Positions 61,801 to 64,000 of a stretch of 64,000 nt of DNA are shown one piece after another. Source of the DNA: Trichosphaerium sp. ATCC 40318. Lineage: Eukaryota; Protista; Tubulinea. The stretch covers positions 1-64,000 of the forward strand of contig JALMLS010000231.1 in NCBI GenBank assembly GCA_038496445.1, in the 5' to 3' direction. The stretch's first letter is position 1, and the number at the start of each line of letters is the position of its first letter. The position numbers were made by a program, and so were the translations under genes. Under the pieces are notes generated by a model. The model was not told the origin of the DNA, made no database searches, and worked only from the letters and a program-made list of their open reading frames with translations.

Positions 61801-64000
61801 TCAGACATTTGTTGTCTAAGTTCAGCCATCTCACGAGAACTTTCTTCAGTCTCTTTGAGCTAAAAAACCACCATCAGTTAACTTACTTACAATAATATCC
61901 TCAACAGCAAAAATAACATACCAGCCTGACTTGTAGTTCATCATCTTTCTTCCTAAGAAGCTCTTCAACATCTTTTTTATCTCCTTGTAACTTAGCAATC
62001 ATAGAAGATTTTTCTTTCAAAGCGCCATCAAGCTTCTCATCGAAAGCGCGCTACAGAAAAAACATATCAACACTAACATAAACCAAAAAAGTGTTCGGCT
62101 ATTTTGTCGTACCTTTTGATCTTCAAGTACTGCTTCTTGACCTGCTTTTAACTTACTAATATCAGAACTACTTGGACGTGTTACAACTGTGTAATCCATT
62201 GAATCCAACGCTTTTTGTAACTCGGCATTTTTGCTTCGCAATTGATTGACTAAAAATAGAATAAGTTCAATGACAAACACGTGGTTCAAAAAATCTAAAA
62301 AAAAAGTGCAACAAAACCGTACCTTCTTCTGTTAGCTCGCTGTTTTCAACAACAGTAGTGTTAGATACTTCACCACTTGAATGCTCAATATTAATTACAG
62401 GAACATCAATTTCTTCAGCTGGTGGTGATGGTAACGAGCGAGAAGATGGTCGAGAGCTTGAACGAGGTGGAAGAGCTAACTTATTATAGTTTTCTCTCTT
62501 TGCTTGTAAAGCTTTCTTCAAAACATCTACCTGATCTCGCAACTCGGTAACACGTGTTTCATCCATAGTAAATGATCCTCTAGGTGAAGGAACACGAGAG
62601 GATGGTCTAGACCTTTGCAGCTTGACTTTAATTTCGTTATTTTTCCAAGTCAATACTCCTTTCTCTTTTTGTAAAGCATTGACACGCTCTTGAAGTTCTT
62701 CAATAATCTTTGACTCTTCACCGCGTTCAACCTTATCCTTATTCTCCTCAAGAATACGCTGACATTCCTTCTGAGCTTCTTCAACCTTTGTATTGGCTTC
62801 TTCAATGGTGACAAGGTGTTTTTCAATTGTAGCTTTAGCTTCATCAAGTTTTTCTTCTAGTGACTTTTGTTGATCTTCAAAGTTTGCTTGAGCGACTCGT
62901 AACTGCTCTATAACATTCTGCTTCTCCTCAAGATCTTTCTTAAGTTCATTGGTTGTTCCTTGCCCTTCAGCTTCAAGAGTTTTTATACGTTTTCTAAGCT
63001 CTTCAACAACGTCGCCATCTTTACCTTTAGAACGCTCTAGCTTTTCTTTCTCCTTTTGAACTGCAGAAAACTTCCACTGTAACTGTTGAAGTTTATCTTC
63101 AAGCTCCTGAGACATTTATCGTTAGTGCTTGCGACTTGCGAAGAGTATTTTTGCACAGATTTTTCAACAAAAAATCGCTACACCTTGTGGAAGTAATGAA
63201 CTTAAAATGCATATCCACGGGTGATAAACAGCAAAAATTTACATTGCGTGGCTTCTTGCTACGTACTTTTTTCTGTTGTTTTATATTACCAAGATCACGA
63301 CTCTCAATCTTGAGCTGTTTCAACATACGTCTAGTTTAAAAAAAGCAAATAAGTCAAACAAATCAAACAATAATAGATGTTTCAAATATCATTTTGCAAT
63401 GAATCCGTACCTTGCTTTAATACCTCTCCAAAGTGTCTGGGCCCATACAGTACCAGTACACAATTTTTTAAAATATGTACAATGTATCCAAGATCGAACA
63501 GAGCTTTGTAAAACAGTAGCATAATGATCTTTTTTCATTTTCCAAAACTTTCGCTTTGCAATCTCAGAACGCATAACTAAAGAGTTCTAATTTAGTATCA
63601 ATTTAAAAAACAAAATGTAGATAGCGTTATAATCGAAACATACTTGTTTGTACTTGTAGAACACGATAGGAATCAGTCAAATACTGACATCTACAATTCC
63701 ATGTTCTAACCAGTGATTGCAAACGTAGAGATGCATTTGCAGATCTGATACCAACGGCTTCTTTCTTTGCTTTAATCATGCGCCAGACTAAGACGAAAAT
63801 ATTAGATCATCTAATCGTATAGAAAAACACATATCTAAAAGAGTGGCTCATAGAAATAAAACAAGAAATTGTTGCAATAAAAAAAAGAATAAAATAGGAA
63901 ACGTACAAGATTGTATCTTAACAATAGCATTCCCTGTTTTCGTATACGCCTTCACTGCAATCATACGCTTAACATGCTTTTGTATAATAGTAGCACTCTC
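58875..64000 (-). CDS. Class V/XI-like (MyoJ-like) myosin, 3' portion: IQ motifs, coiled coil, DIL cargo domain; continues beyond the window
   Basis: IQ motifs IQKHVKR, LQSSVRSW, AQTLWRGIKAR; long coiled coil; FWLSTV; QFFAQLFKHMNATLFNLIILRKEFCS...KLCPSLTLLQIKQI. Confidence 0.9.

Noticed and set aside
1-64000. Alternative genetic code or stop-codon readthrough explaining the fragmented ORFs; rRNA/tRNA genes
   Set aside because: The fragments join in frame through canonical short introns under the standard code; no tRNA- or rRNA-like sequence was recognised by eye.

Overview
Gene-dense, AT-rich (~35% GC by eye) eukaryotic DNA with many short spliceosomal introns (about 40-150 nt, GTACG/GTATG/GTAAG donors, several G|GCATG GC-AG donors). 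Gene content (cAR-like GPCR, AAC4-like protein, CBM49-like module, myosin V/J-like) suggests an amoebozoan-like protist, but this is inference. The left end has degenerate TTAGGG/CCCTAA repeats. About 22 protein genes can be reconstructed by hand-splicing: SAM + tandem AAA+ ATPase, ABCF3/GCN20, a 7TM GPCR, a KCTD-type BTB protein, BLOC1S2, Met5-type sulfite reductase head-to-head with CysG-type siroheme synthase (plus an adjacent inverted degenerate copy of part of the latter), an AAC4-like protein, several secreted or surface proteins, an NHL-propeller/OSCA-TMEM63 channel fusion, endonuclease III, a receptor tyrosine kinase-like protein, an intronless F-box/MORN protein, a minimal ATP-dependent DNA ligase fused to WWE, and the 3' part of a class V-like myosin. 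The most striking gene (54403-58184, minus) encodes an apparent polyprotein: signal peptide, Reeler domain, KKR site, hydrophobic anchor, then a second internal signal peptide that would expose an N-terminal His (HNWV...GH...YYDCIDV) of an LPMO-like copper His-brace domain, followed by a PTQ(K/R) linker and a CBM49/CBM2-like module. Exon boundaries were inferred manually; family assignments come from motif recognition, not database searches.
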